A DNA stretch of 51,629 bases from an uncultured Alphaproteobacteria bacterium (GCA_958448685.1 CAUDEV010000001.1:1-51629), one strand, 5' to 3'. Counted from the stretch's first letter, positions 16,902 to 25,416 are shown. The notes: generated from the sequence alone by a model not told the origin. A program made the numbers and translations.

Positions 16902-19164
16902 TTTGACCTGCTTTCTTCGCTAAAATCTCCGCTCGTCTCTTGGCTCTTGTTCCTTTATTTGCAGCAAGCTCTTGTTCCCTTTTGCTGATTTCTTCTTTTC
17001 TGTTGACCTTCTGTTCATGTGTATTCTCTGCTCTAGTATTAGGTTGTTCAGTAGCATTCGTTGGTATTTTGTCAAAATCAAGAGTCTTCAATCTTCCATT
17101 CGCCTCTGTCAGATATATCCGCGTTCTATCATCTCTCATCAAATATACTTCATAGGCCTCTTTCTCTCTCGACCACTCTATGTTCAATGGAGCGCTTCCT
17201 TTGCTTCCTGCCCCATTATCAAAGTCGAATACAACTTTGTTGTCGTTTGCTTTGCTTGCCAGCTTTAATTCGTATCCTGCTGGCTTAATATTCTTCTCTC
17301 GATATTCTGCTGCAATTGCTGAGCCAAAGTCCTTAAACCTCTTCATCAATTCCCCCGTCTCTGCAAGTTTAGGATATCTCCTCTCAGGCGGCATATACAT
17401 TAATTTGTTCGGTACAAGTTTAGTAGGCCCGTATGTCAGCAATATTTCATCTTTTATTTTTGTTGCCGCCCCTTTCGGTCTCCATCCATGTTTCATTAAA
17501 TCTTTCATGCGGTTATTGAAATATCCATTAAAGAAATCGTTCGCTTCTTCATATTGCGCATTCTTCGATGGATTTTCGTCATCATTCCAAGGCCAAATAG
17601 TATAATATGTGTCTAAATCCGCGCTCTTCTCTAATTCCTCCCATGTTTCTTTCTTTAACTTAGAAAAGTCTTTATTGCCAGCGCTCACATAGTTAGAGGC
17701 CGTTTCTTGTATGCTTTTCCAGTATGTAGGATCCTCATTCAATCTTTTCACTTGCGCTAATGCATCTTCTCGAACCTTCATGATGATATTAGGATCTCCG
17801 CCTCCATTATATGTCATCATTCCTATCACATATTCTGTGTCTTCATCCGGCTTCTCTATCAATTTGCACCCTGAAATTTCCGCATACTTCCAATCGTCCA
17901 ATCTCTTCGTCACTTCTTCCGCATTGTCTGATTTTAGTATTTTTCCATACAATAACGAAGACAATCCTGTATCTTTGGCATCTATCCCGTATTCATTCGC
18001 CATTTTCATTGTGCTCCGTAGTGTCGCATCTGCTGGCAAATGCTTGTACAAAAGTCCTAACTGTTGCGCTGATGAAAAGGCCCCAAGTCCTTGCTTCGAT
18101 TCCACACTTGCCATCATCGCTTCGTTTGTCTGAGCTTGCCTTAATTCCGCTTTCTTTACTTGCCTTCTCGCCTCTTTGATTTCCGTTTTGCTCGTCTCAG
18201 AAACGCCCATTCCTTCCATCAATGCATCCGAAACAGAGTCCGCACCTTCCTCTAAAAGACTGTTCTTCAACTGGATACACATCACTGCATCATTTGTTAC
18301 TTGCTGCGATTGTACGGCCTCTCTCATCCTCCTTGCTTGATTTTCTCTCTTCTCTATCTCCCCTTCTGTTGCATTCATCAAATGGTTCACTTGTTGCGGA
18401 CTTAATACTTTAATTCTTTCGTTCTGTAGTAAATCCTTCAATCCATATGGATTCTTTTGTAAAAGTCCCAATCCATAACAATATGTGAAATTCTTTTTGC
18501 TAGAATCAAATACTTTCGTGTATGCTTGTTCCCCAGCTACGTTCCTATATCCTTCTAAAGCATTCTCTATCGCCATCATTCCAGAATCAAAGTTTCCTGG
18601 ATTCGTCACCATTCCAACGCATATGTTGTTGATTTCGTTTTCTGTCTTCCTTAAGGTATACGCTGTCCTCATGCTTTGTTCTTCTTCAAAAGCGGAATTC
18701 TCCCAATCTGCTTTCGATTTCAATAACATGGTTTTCAGTTTTCCGCTATACTCCGGATCAAATACTCCTGACAAGTATTTCTCACTTAACTTCGCATGCG
18801 CATCACTGATGTAGTCTAAATATCCTTCTCCACTTTCACTGTTTTTCTTGAATTCTCTCGATTTGTTCCTTAATTCTTCATTCAGTGAGTTGTATGTTTC
18901 TGCTAAATTAACACTATCTTGCGTTCTCTTCAGATTCTTTAGATGTTCTCCTCCCATCTGCGCCAACGTCTCATAGAATCCAACTCGTCCACTAACGTCT
19001 GTTTTCCATGTCGTATAATTCAATGTCTTGTATGAAGGTTTGTAATAGTCTAACTCAACTGGATATCTCAAACTCTCTCTGTCTGTTGTTCTGGTCCTAG
19101 CGGTTGATGCTTCAGGTCTCGATCCACTCTCTCTGCTTAAATCTAATACATCTCTTCTTGCCAT
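16891..19164 (-). CDS. large internal-virion/ejection-like protein (757 aa)
   Basis: ORF-track ORF with SD GAGG upstream of the ATG at 19164. No enzymatic motif recognised. Confidence 0.55.
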   Translation of the reverse strand: MARRDVLDLSRESGSRPEASTARTRTTDRESLRYPVELDYYKPSYKTLNYTTWKTDVSGRVGFYETLAQMGGEHLKNLKRTQDSVNLAETYNSLNEELRNKSREFKKNSESGEGYLDYISDAHAKLSEKYLSGVFDPEYSGKLKTMLLKSKADWENSAFEEEQSMRTAYTLRKTENEINNICVGMVTNPGNFDSGMMAIENALEGYRNVAGEQAYTKVFDSSKKNFTYCYGLGLLQKNPYGLKDLLQNERIKVLSPQQVNHLMNATEGEIEKRENQARRMREAVQSQQVTNDAVMCIQLKNSLLEEGADSVSDALMEGMGVSETSKTEIKEARRQVKKAELRQAQTNEAMMASVESKQGLGAFSSAQQLGLLYKHLPADATLRSTMKMANEYGIDAKDTGLSSLLYGKILKSDNAEEVTKRLDDWKYAEISGCKLIEKPDEDTEYVIGMMTYNGGGDPNIIMKVREDALAQVKRLNEDPTYWKSIQETASNYVSAGNKDFSKLKKETWEELEKSADLDTYYTIWPWNDDENPSKNAQYEEANDFFNGYFNNRMKDLMKHGWRPKGAATKIKDEILLTYGPTKLVPNKLMYMPPERRYPKLAETGELMKRFKDFGSAIAAEYREKNIKPAGYELKLASKANDNKVVFDFDNGAGSKGSAPLNIEWSREKEAYEVYLMRDDRTRIYLTEANGRLKTLDFDKIPTNATEQPNTRAENTHEQKVNRKEEISKREQELAANKGTRAKRRAEILAKKAGQNGK

Positions 19165-19168
19165 ATCC

Positions 19169-19546
19169 TCACCACGTCTTTAGTCCGTTTCTTAATGGCG
19201 CACTGTTTAGAGCATTCGTTGCTCTACTCGCTGCAGCTAAATCTACTCCAGTCGACGAACTAAATGGATTCCCATTCCTGAACATTCCACTAAACGCACT
19301 AATTCCGTCTATCGCTGAATTAAACATACCAAGTCCTGCTCTCTTCTCATTATATCTCGAGTTTATTAAATCTGAATCCAAACTGTTTAAAACCCCCTTT
19401 GCTCTAAATTTCTCGTTTTTCATATCTACCTGATGATTGAATGCCGCTCTTTGCAATTCCTTCACTCCCATCTTGTTGATATCTCCTATCACAAAATAGG
19501 GAGAGGCGCTTCCTGGCGCCGCTCCCGAATGCGCAAAGGTCAACAT
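19169..19546 (-). CDS. hypothetical virion-module protein (125 aa)
   Basis: ORF-track ORF, tightly packed with its neighbours. Confidence 0.5.
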   Translation of the reverse strand: MLTFAHSGAAPGSASPYFVIGDINKMGVKELQRAAFNHQVDMKNEKFRAKGVLNSLDSDLINSRYNEKRAGLGMFNSAIDGISAFSGMFRNGNPFSSSTGVDLAAASRATNALNSAPLRNGLKTW

Positions 19547-19554
19547 CTGCCTTG

Positions 19555-19767
19555 CTACGGTCTCGTTTGTAGCTTAATCATCTCCAAGGTCTCAGGATAT
19601 AGCTTGTTCAATACGCCCTTATTGAATGCAGCTACCTCTTCATTCAAGTGCTTTTGTTCTGATATAGTTCCTTGTTGTTGCCTATAGGCCTTCTTTTGCT
19701 GATTATACGCGGAAACCCCTACAACTGTAGATGCTATTCCAGCTACAAATGGTACTGCTTGAGCCAT
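19555..19767 (-). CDS. small membrane protein (70 aa, N-terminal transmembrane helix)
   Basis: The segment AVPFVAGIASTVVGVSAY is hydrophobic. Confidence 0.5.
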   Translation of the reverse strand: MAQAVPFVAGIASTVVGVSAYNQQKKAYRQQQGTISEQKHLNEEVAAFNKGVLNKLYPETLEMIKLQTRP

Positions 19768-19786
19768 ACGATTCTCCTAAAAGTCT

Positions 19787-20293
19787 CTAGCCCATTATAG
19801 GAGTTCCCGGGAGCATCGCTCCTGGTTTCATCCAGGGAAATCGTCTCTGTCTCATTAAATTCTGTATTTCATTCATACCTCCTTGTACCACTCCCTTTGT
19901 CTGTTGATACATATCTCGTCCTTGTTGATACATACTCCTTCCGCTATCTATCATTCCCCCTATACTTTGCTGCATACTTGGCATTTGTCTTTGGAATGCA
20001 TCTACTCCTCCTCTAAATCCTCCTTGCTTAAACCCTTGGTATATCTGCCTTCCACTATTTATCATTCCTCCCATATCGCTCGTAAATTGTCTCCCCTGGT
20101 CTATCATACCTTGTACTCCTCCACCTTGTGCCGCTTGGCTTTGATGTTGTCCGCCTCTATTTTTGTTCCCTGTAAATATACTCTTTATTCCTCCTACTAC
20201 TTTCTTCCCTATATTCCATGCTCCTTTTGCTATCTTCCCTACTACAGGTAATGCCCCGATTACTTTACTCGCTACTCCGGCTACTGCACTCAT
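19787..20293 (-). CDS. Gly/Gln/Met-rich repeat protein (168 aa)
   Basis: Hydrophobic N-terminus followed by repeated GGMI(D/N)SGR.(I/M)YQ motifs. SD AAGGGAGAAG upstream. Confidence 0.55.
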   Translation of the reverse strand: MSAVAGVASKVIGALPVVGKIAKGAWNIGKKVVGGIKSIFTGNKNRGGQHQSQAAQGGGVQGMIDQGRQFTSDMGGMINSGRQIYQGFKQGGFRGGVDAFQRQMPSMQQSIGGMIDSGRSMYQQGRDMYQQTKGVVQGGMNEIQNLMRQRRFPWMKPGAMLPGTPIMG

Positions 20294-20371
20294 ACTTCTT
20301 CTCCCTTATATTCTTATGTTTTATTTAATTTTATATCTATATTATATCAAATATTATTATAAATATATACT

Positions 20372-20848
20372 TTATTCACTTGTCCTTTTAAATGTAAACT
20401 CTATCTTCTCTGTATTTTCTTTCTCTTCTTCCTTATTATTTATCAAATACGGTTCCGCATACTTTATAAAATCTAACAATTGATTCGACCTAATTTGTCT
20501 TTCCCCAAGTTTGCTCATTAAACTCGAGTATGTGTTTGCTATCAACTTCCTGAATGCTCTCTTTGCCATCCTTTCATATCTTCCTCTCGAAAATATCTCT
20601 GGATAATTCTCAAATGCTCTTTCCAATATCTCTCCAGCATAATCTCCTGAATACAGCTTTAACGAAGGCATCTCCGCCCCACTAAAATATCCCTCCACAT
20701 CTTTTAAGATTTCATTCAATTCCTCTTGACTCGCTTTCTTCTCCTTAACCTTCTTTTCCAATTCTGCTAAATACTTATTCTTTTCCTTTATTTGCTTCGT
20801 CCTGTTCTCTTCTTCCTTGTTCTTAAGTGTATTTTTAGTACTTCTCAT
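20372..20848 (-). CDS. hypothetical protein, first gene of the leftward virion block
   Basis: I prefer the ATG at 20848 (MRSTKNTL...). The track's TTG at 20890 would overlap the terminase start codon. Confidence 0.5.
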   Translation of the reverse strand: MRSTKNTLKNKEEENRTKQIKEKNKYLAELEKKVKEKKASQEELNEILKDVEGYFSGAEMPSLKLYSGDYAGEILERAFENYPEIFSRGRYERMAKRAFRKLIANTYSSLMSKLGERQIRSNQLLDFIKYAEPYLINNKEEEKENTEKIEFTFKRTSE

Positions 20849-20883
20849 GTATAATATTATTATAAACTCTTTTATATTAGTAT

Positions 20884-22198
20884 ATGACAAATACAGCTAA
20901 TATTGAAATACGAAAACCTTTTAGGTGGATTTATGATGAACCTGCTCTTGTGAATATCCTAGTATATTGTCGGGGCTCCGGAAAGTCTTTCGCTGCTCTA
21001 GATTGGATTATTTCGAAGCTTTTGGCCAATCCTGACCCTACCGCTACAGGCGTATATTACAATAAATCACTAAAGCAAACTCGTTCTATCATTGAACTTG
21101 CTATGTCCAGATACAAACCTCTTTTCTCTTCTGGAAAATTCGATTACAACAAATCTACACTGACCTATACTTTACTATGACAAAAAGAATTCTAAGAAAA
21201 AACTATTTCTCAAAAGCTATGAAGAATCCGAATCATCTCGTGGGTTTCACCCTTATGTCGGTGTCTTCGATGAAGCTCAAACTATGCCTGATGGTCTCTA
21301 TGGACAAGTCTTGTTTCCTATGTTCGGACCTGCTCTCCAAGATTCTCCTGAACATGCTGGATTGCTCGTAATCGGAACTCCCGAAGGTCCTGATAACATC
21401 TTGTACGAACTCTTTCAAAAAGGCCTAGATAGTTCAAATGAATTCTATAAGTCTAAACTAATTACCATATATACTTCTGAACTCTTCACTCCTTCCACTA
21501 TCAAAGCTATTCGTATGTCTATGACCGAAAAAGAATTCGCTCAAGAATACGAATGCGATTTCAATGCTAACGTCGTCACTGGCGCCATCTACAAAGAACT
21601 CCTCGACCTATACCGCTACAATAATTTCGACTCTTTCAAACACGATCCTTTATACCCTGTTCATATGTCTTGGGACTTAGGATACACACACTACACTTCT
21701 GTTTGGTTTTGGCAATGCATTAATGGTGAAACTCGTATAATCGATTTCTATGAATCCACAGGCCAAGATATTAGCAAATGCCTCTATGAAGTGCTAGCTA
21801 AACCATACCAATTTGGTCACTGCATTCTTCCTCATAATGCTAACCATCACAATATCCGTTCCCCTCTCACTATTACTCAGATATTCAAAAACAACAACTT
21901 TCGTTGTTCTGTTCTTCCTCCTTCCTCTATCACTGCCGGAATAGAAGCAACGAAGCTCCTCCTGAAATCCCTTAAATTCGATGAAGAACACACTAAACAA
22001 GGTGTACTTCACTTGGAAAAGTACGCTTACAAACTCGTTAGTGACAAAGGTATCGACAAATCCAAACCCGATCAGTCCTCTCCACACGCTGACGCTGCTG
22101 ATGCTCTCCGTATGATGGCTGCCTCCCAATCTATTTGGTTCCCTAAACCTCTTTCTTTCGCTTCTCCAATTAACTATTCTCCTAATGTCCTTTCCTAA
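20884..22198 (+). pseudogene. terL: terminase large subunit, split by a +1 frame change near 21164-21180
   Basis: Walker A is VYCRGSGKSF in frame 1. Walker B GVFDEAQ, IGTPEG and the nuclease motifs SWDLGY and HADAADALR are in frame 2. Frame 2 is open from 21164 and frame 1 stops at 21178-21180. Confidence 0.8.
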
Positions 22199-22244
22199 AT
22201 GTTAGAATATTATCAGAAGGTCTATTTTTTATAGGTATACTGTC

Positions 22245-22532
22245 ATGTTCTTCAAGTATATTATCATTTCTCTTTCTTTCACTTCTCTCGTATTCTCGGG
22301 ACCGATACAAGCCCAAGTTTCGGAAAGTAGCTCTAACACTCTAACAATCCACAAATCTTATAAATCCTATGATTATAATTCTAATTCCTCTACTACCATC
22401 AATAACAATCATTATTCCTCCGTTTCTAACCACTATCACAAGAACAACTCTACCAGGTACTTCGTGCAAGGTATCGCTATTTCTGCTATAATATTCCTGT
22501 TATTTAAAATTTGGAAAGCTCATCATGAATAA
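22245..22532 (+). CDS. small secreted/membrane protein (signal peptide plus C-terminal transmembrane helix)
   Basis: MFFKYIIISLSFTSLVFSGPIQAQ leader, a Ser/Asn-rich middle, and FVQGIAISAIIFLLFKIW at the C-terminus. Confidence 0.5.
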   Translation: MFFKYIIISLSFTSLVFSGPIQAQVSESSSNTLTIHKSYKSYDYNSNSSTTINNNHYSSVSNHYHKNNSTRYFVQGIAISAIIFLLFKIWKAHHE

Positions 22533-22833
22533 TTTAAAGTTCGATTTCTCTAATCGCCTCCGTACTCAAAAAGGTGCTGAATATTACATTAGATTAGGTA
22601 AATCTTCAGATGATTTAGACCAAATCCTCGTTGCTCCAACTTCCTGGTTTTCCAACGATTATTTGATTTTCCCTGATGATAAAGTTAAACTCCTCCTACG
22701 CTACGAATTTTTTTCTAATGGTAAATCCCACTTGAAAAAGGAAGAGTTCATAACTGCGCACGATATGCCTCGTTTCTTAAATAATTCGCCAGACCTTTGC
22801 GTCCGTTTCTCCCTAATCTCCATCCGATTCTGA
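22525..22833 (+). CDS. hypothetical protein (102 aa)
   Basis: ORF-track ORF; its start overlaps the upstream stop. Confidence 0.45.
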   Translation: MNNLKFDFSNRLRTQKGAEYYIRLGKSSDDLDQILVAPTSWFSNDYLIFPDDKVKLLLRYEFFSNGKSHLKKEEFITAHDMPRFLNNSPDLCVRFSLISIRF

Positions 22834-22914
22834 TTCGCTCACCAATCGCCTCAGACTTCTCAGACCAAGAATATATAGCTCCTCCTTTTAGCGTATATTA
22901 TTTTTGCTCTATTT

Positions 22915-23028
22915 TCAACCCAGAAATACAATTGCACATACCACTAATGCTAAAAGTAATGGTATAATAGACAACTTTAATGCTTCTTTTCCACTTAATT
23001 CTGGTTAATTTTTCTTACCGTCGTTCAT
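22915..23028 (-). pseudogene. small transmembrane-peptide ORF with an in-frame TAA at codon 8
   Basis: Reads MNDGKKN-TAA-PELSGKEALKLSIIPLLLALVVCAIVFLG-TGA. Its ATG overlaps the upstream stop (ATGA). Confidence 0.3.
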
Positions 23029-23429
23029 ATCAACCCCATCTCCTTACACTTGCGTTCTGCGACACGATATACTATTATAGGATATTTTTCCTCTATTTCA
23101 TTCTTTGCATATTGATATTTCTTTTTCAACCACTCTTTCAATGAATTGATTTCAAAAGCATTGGAAAAATGCAGCATACCTTTAAGCGGTATGATCTCAT
23201 GTTCTATTTCTGATATATTTTTCAGCACTATCGAACGCGAATAGGAGCCCTTAATTTTACTAATAGTACCTGACCTCAAATGCGTATATCCATCAGCTAA
23301 ATATTTATTCAACCTATCTAACGCTTTATTTAAATATTCATCTGCTACTTCGTGCAATATCTTGCAGCATTCCTGGTAATTTGTATTAGTATTTTTACAC
23401 CAAATCGTGCAGTTTAATCTTATAGACAT
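23025..23429 (-). CDS. hypothetical protein (134 aa)
   Basis: I prefer the ATG at 23429, immediately after the TAA of the upstream small ORF. Confidence 0.5.
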   Translation of the reverse strand: MSIRLNCTIWCKNTNTNYQECCKILHEVADEYLNKALDRLNKYLADGYTHLRSGTISKIKGSYSRSIVLKNISEIEHEIIPLKGMLHFSNAFEINSLKEWLKKKYQYAKNEIEEKYPIIVYRVAERKCKEMGLI

Positions 23430-23430
23430 A

Positions 23431-23607
23431 TTACACCGCCTCATAAAGCATATTAGCTATTGCCATTTTTTCTTCTTGTACTTCCTTACCAAAATACTCT
23501 GTATCCTCTCTATCTCCTTCTTCCTTTGCCATTTCCAGCTCATGTTGATACATTTCCAGCATGTCCAATTTCTTCCTCATCTCTTCCGTAAATTTTGCAT
23601 CTATCAT
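23431..23607 (-). CDS. small acidic hypothetical protein (58 aa)
   Basis: SD GGAAGGAGAAAAGGAA then ATG at 23607. Not in the ORF track because it is short. Confidence 0.45.
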   Translation of the reverse strand: MIDAKFTEEMRKKLDMLEMYQHELEMAKEEGDREDTEYFGKEVQEEKMAIANMLYEAV

Positions 23608-23625
23608 TTCCTTTTCTCCTTCCTC

Positions 23626-23925
23626 TTAATCCTCTCCTGTAATTTTCTTCCTAATATATATTCTGAACAACTGTTCCACTTCGTCTAAATGATATTCCCA
23701 TCCGAAAAATTTCCCTTTAAACCTATACGATTTCCAATAGCTTTCATATTCCTCAGATTTCAAAAACTCTTCCCAATATTCCAGTGTTTTCTCTAATCCT
23801 TCTTCCGGTTTTTCAAACTCCGTAAATGCTGTTAATACCGTATCTTTATCCCAATATATCCTAAAACATACTTTCGCCGTTGCTTCTACTATCTTCCTTA
23901 ATTCTAATTCTTTATCTTCCATCAT
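23626..23925 (-). CDS. hypothetical protein (99 aa from the ATGA-coupled start)
   Basis: The ATG at 23925 overlaps the TGA of the upstream gene. The longer track ORF starts at 23991. Confidence 0.5.
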   Translation of the reverse strand: MMEDKELELRKIVEATAKVCFRIYWDKDTVLTAFTEFEKPEEGLEKTLEYWEEFLKSEEYESYWKSYRFKGKFFGWEYHLDEVEQLFRIYIRKKITGED

Positions 23926-24905
23926 CCATTCGCCTTTCTTAATCCGATATTCAAACTTTCCAATACCTCTCTGTATTTGTTCCCTATCCAATCAAACTTG
24001 AAATTGCTTTCCACTTCCATAATCACTCTTCCATGTTCCTCCACCAAATTTGCTTTGCTGAACCAACTCCTAAAACTCGGTACTCCCACTTTTCGGAATA
24101 ACTCATATCTCGCTTTTATGCATTTCGGACTTTCCTCGCTATTTTCTAGTTCTATTGCCATTTTTCGCGTCTCCAAGATTTCCCATTCTTCCTCTTTTTC
24201 CTTCCGTTTTTCTCTCTCTTCTTCAAGCTTCTTGTTCCATTCCTCTGCTCTTCGTTTCTTCTTCTCCTCAAAACTGTCGTACTCTCCCGCTGAAATCTTC
24301 TCTATCGTTTTAAATTTCAAGACCCACTTGATCGTTAACAGAAATTTCTCTCCCATTAAATACCAGCTCTTTTTGATGGCTTCTAAAAACCTTCGCCACT
24401 TCTCCAGTGTTTGGAAGTACGCATTCCTCGCTGCTCCCATCCATGCTATTTCCTTCGTCAGTCTAAAACTTAGCTTTTCACCTAGTACTTCGTTCGCTAC
24501 GTCGTACATTTCCTGTACGGTCACCGCAGGTGCGGTTATAACAGATGGGGTTTTGGGATTTTCTTCTGCCACCTGCGGTATCTCTCTCGTATCTTTTTTC
24601 GTTATTTCATTATCATGATTTATTAAAGATTTATATTTAAATAATTTATTATTTAAATAGGAATCATTGCTTGTTAAATTTTTAATGTTTAATTTAACAT
24701 TCGTAACAGCCATTTTGCTTTCTTTCAATGTATATGAATATGTATGGTCTTTATAGTATCCATCTTTTAGGTATTTCCCATTGTTTGTGAATTTCATAGA
24801 TAGTTTCTCTCCTTCTATAATTCCTAATTTCATGAGCCTCTTTACTGCCGACCAAATTGTTACACGAGATACATCAAATATCTCCCCTAACTCCTCTTGT
24901 GTCAC
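23922..24905 (-). CDS. wHTH DNA-binding protein, probable replication/initiation function
   Basis: HTH segment TQEELGEIFDVSRVTIWSAVKRLMKLGIIE, a C-terminal W-rich domain and an acidic coiled-coil. The frame stays open upstream to a TAA at 25008-25010. Confidence 0.5.
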   Translation of the reverse strand: MTQEELGEIFDVSRVTIWSAVKRLMKLGIIEGEKLSMKFTNNGKYLKDGYYKDHTYSYTLKESKMAVTNVKLNIKNLTSNDSYLNNKLFKYKSLINHDNEITKKDTREIPQVAEENPKTPSVITAPAVTVQEMYDVANEVLGEKLSFRLTKEIAWMGAARNAYFQTLEKWRRFLEAIKKSWYLMGEKFLLTIKWVLKFKTIEKISAGEYDSFEEKKKRRAEEWNKKLEEEREKRKEKEEEWEILETRKMAIELENSEESPKCIKARYELFRKVGVPSFRSWFSKANLVEEHGRVIMEVESNFKFDWIGNKYREVLESLNIGLRKANG

Positions 24906-25101
24906 GGTTATCCATTTCTTGTTGTCTAAGATATATACGTTATTTTTTCTATGCCTAATCGCATTCTCTAGCCAACTTATAAACTTTTTTTCTGTTTTTG
25001 TAAGTTTTTAAGAGACTTTTTCGATTCCTCGTGCTATACTGTCTTTGTAATCGTACGCAGAATTAACTAATAATATAAATTACGCAAAAGTCATATGGGA
25101 G

Positions 25102-25149
25102 GGCGCGCGACATGTGGTAAAATATCAAGGATACCACATGTCGCGCGCC
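25102..25149. repeat. GC-rich hairpin repeat, copy B (perfect 18-bp stem)
   Basis: ggcgcgcgacatgtggta (25102-25119) pairs with taccacatgtcgcgcgcc (25132-25149). Loop is aaatatcaagga. Confidence 0.9.
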
Positions 25150-25416
25150 GGTATATCCCCTTATATTTTTAGTATATCTTCAATATCTCCTATATGTCAA
25201 AAAATAAAAAGTCCCATAAAATTTTAAAGATTTTACAGTGTTTTTAAATATTTTAAAATGTGATAACTATGATAAAATTAACGGCATTAGTAGTAACAAT
25301 GTTAATGATTCATAGAGTCACATTATCATTTCTGATTACTCATTCAAATCTATATGGGAGGGACTTTTGAAGGTTGTTTTTACTAAATTATCCTTAACCC
25401 AAATACCAATAATAGA

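Noticed and set aside
15712-16923. Long plus-strand ORFs (15712-16404, 16405-16923, and many others such as 1299-1790, 8656-9045, 17180-17605, 23977-24618) overlapping minus-strand phage genes
   Set aside because: They are antisense shadows of clearly coding minus-strand ORFs. Their translations are S/F/L/I-rich low-complexity sequence without motifs or SD sequences.
20849-20890. The TTG start at 20890 overlapping the terminase ATG (20884) as a head-to-head gene overlap
   Set aside because: The in-frame ATG at 20848 (MRSTKNT...) is a more conventional start. The overlap is most likely an ORF-caller artefact, which leaves a very short (35-nt) divergent control region.
240-25011. Wholesale stop-codon reassignment (TAA or TAG read as Gln) in the phage
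   Set aside because: The 1061-, 757-, 556- and 400-aa ORFs contain no in-frame stops at all. TAA demonstrably ends the PanA gene and is followed directly by the next ATG. After the toxin gene, three TAAs occur within 48 codons of obvious non-coding DNA. Only site-specific readthrough or decay remains plausible, as reported in the findings.
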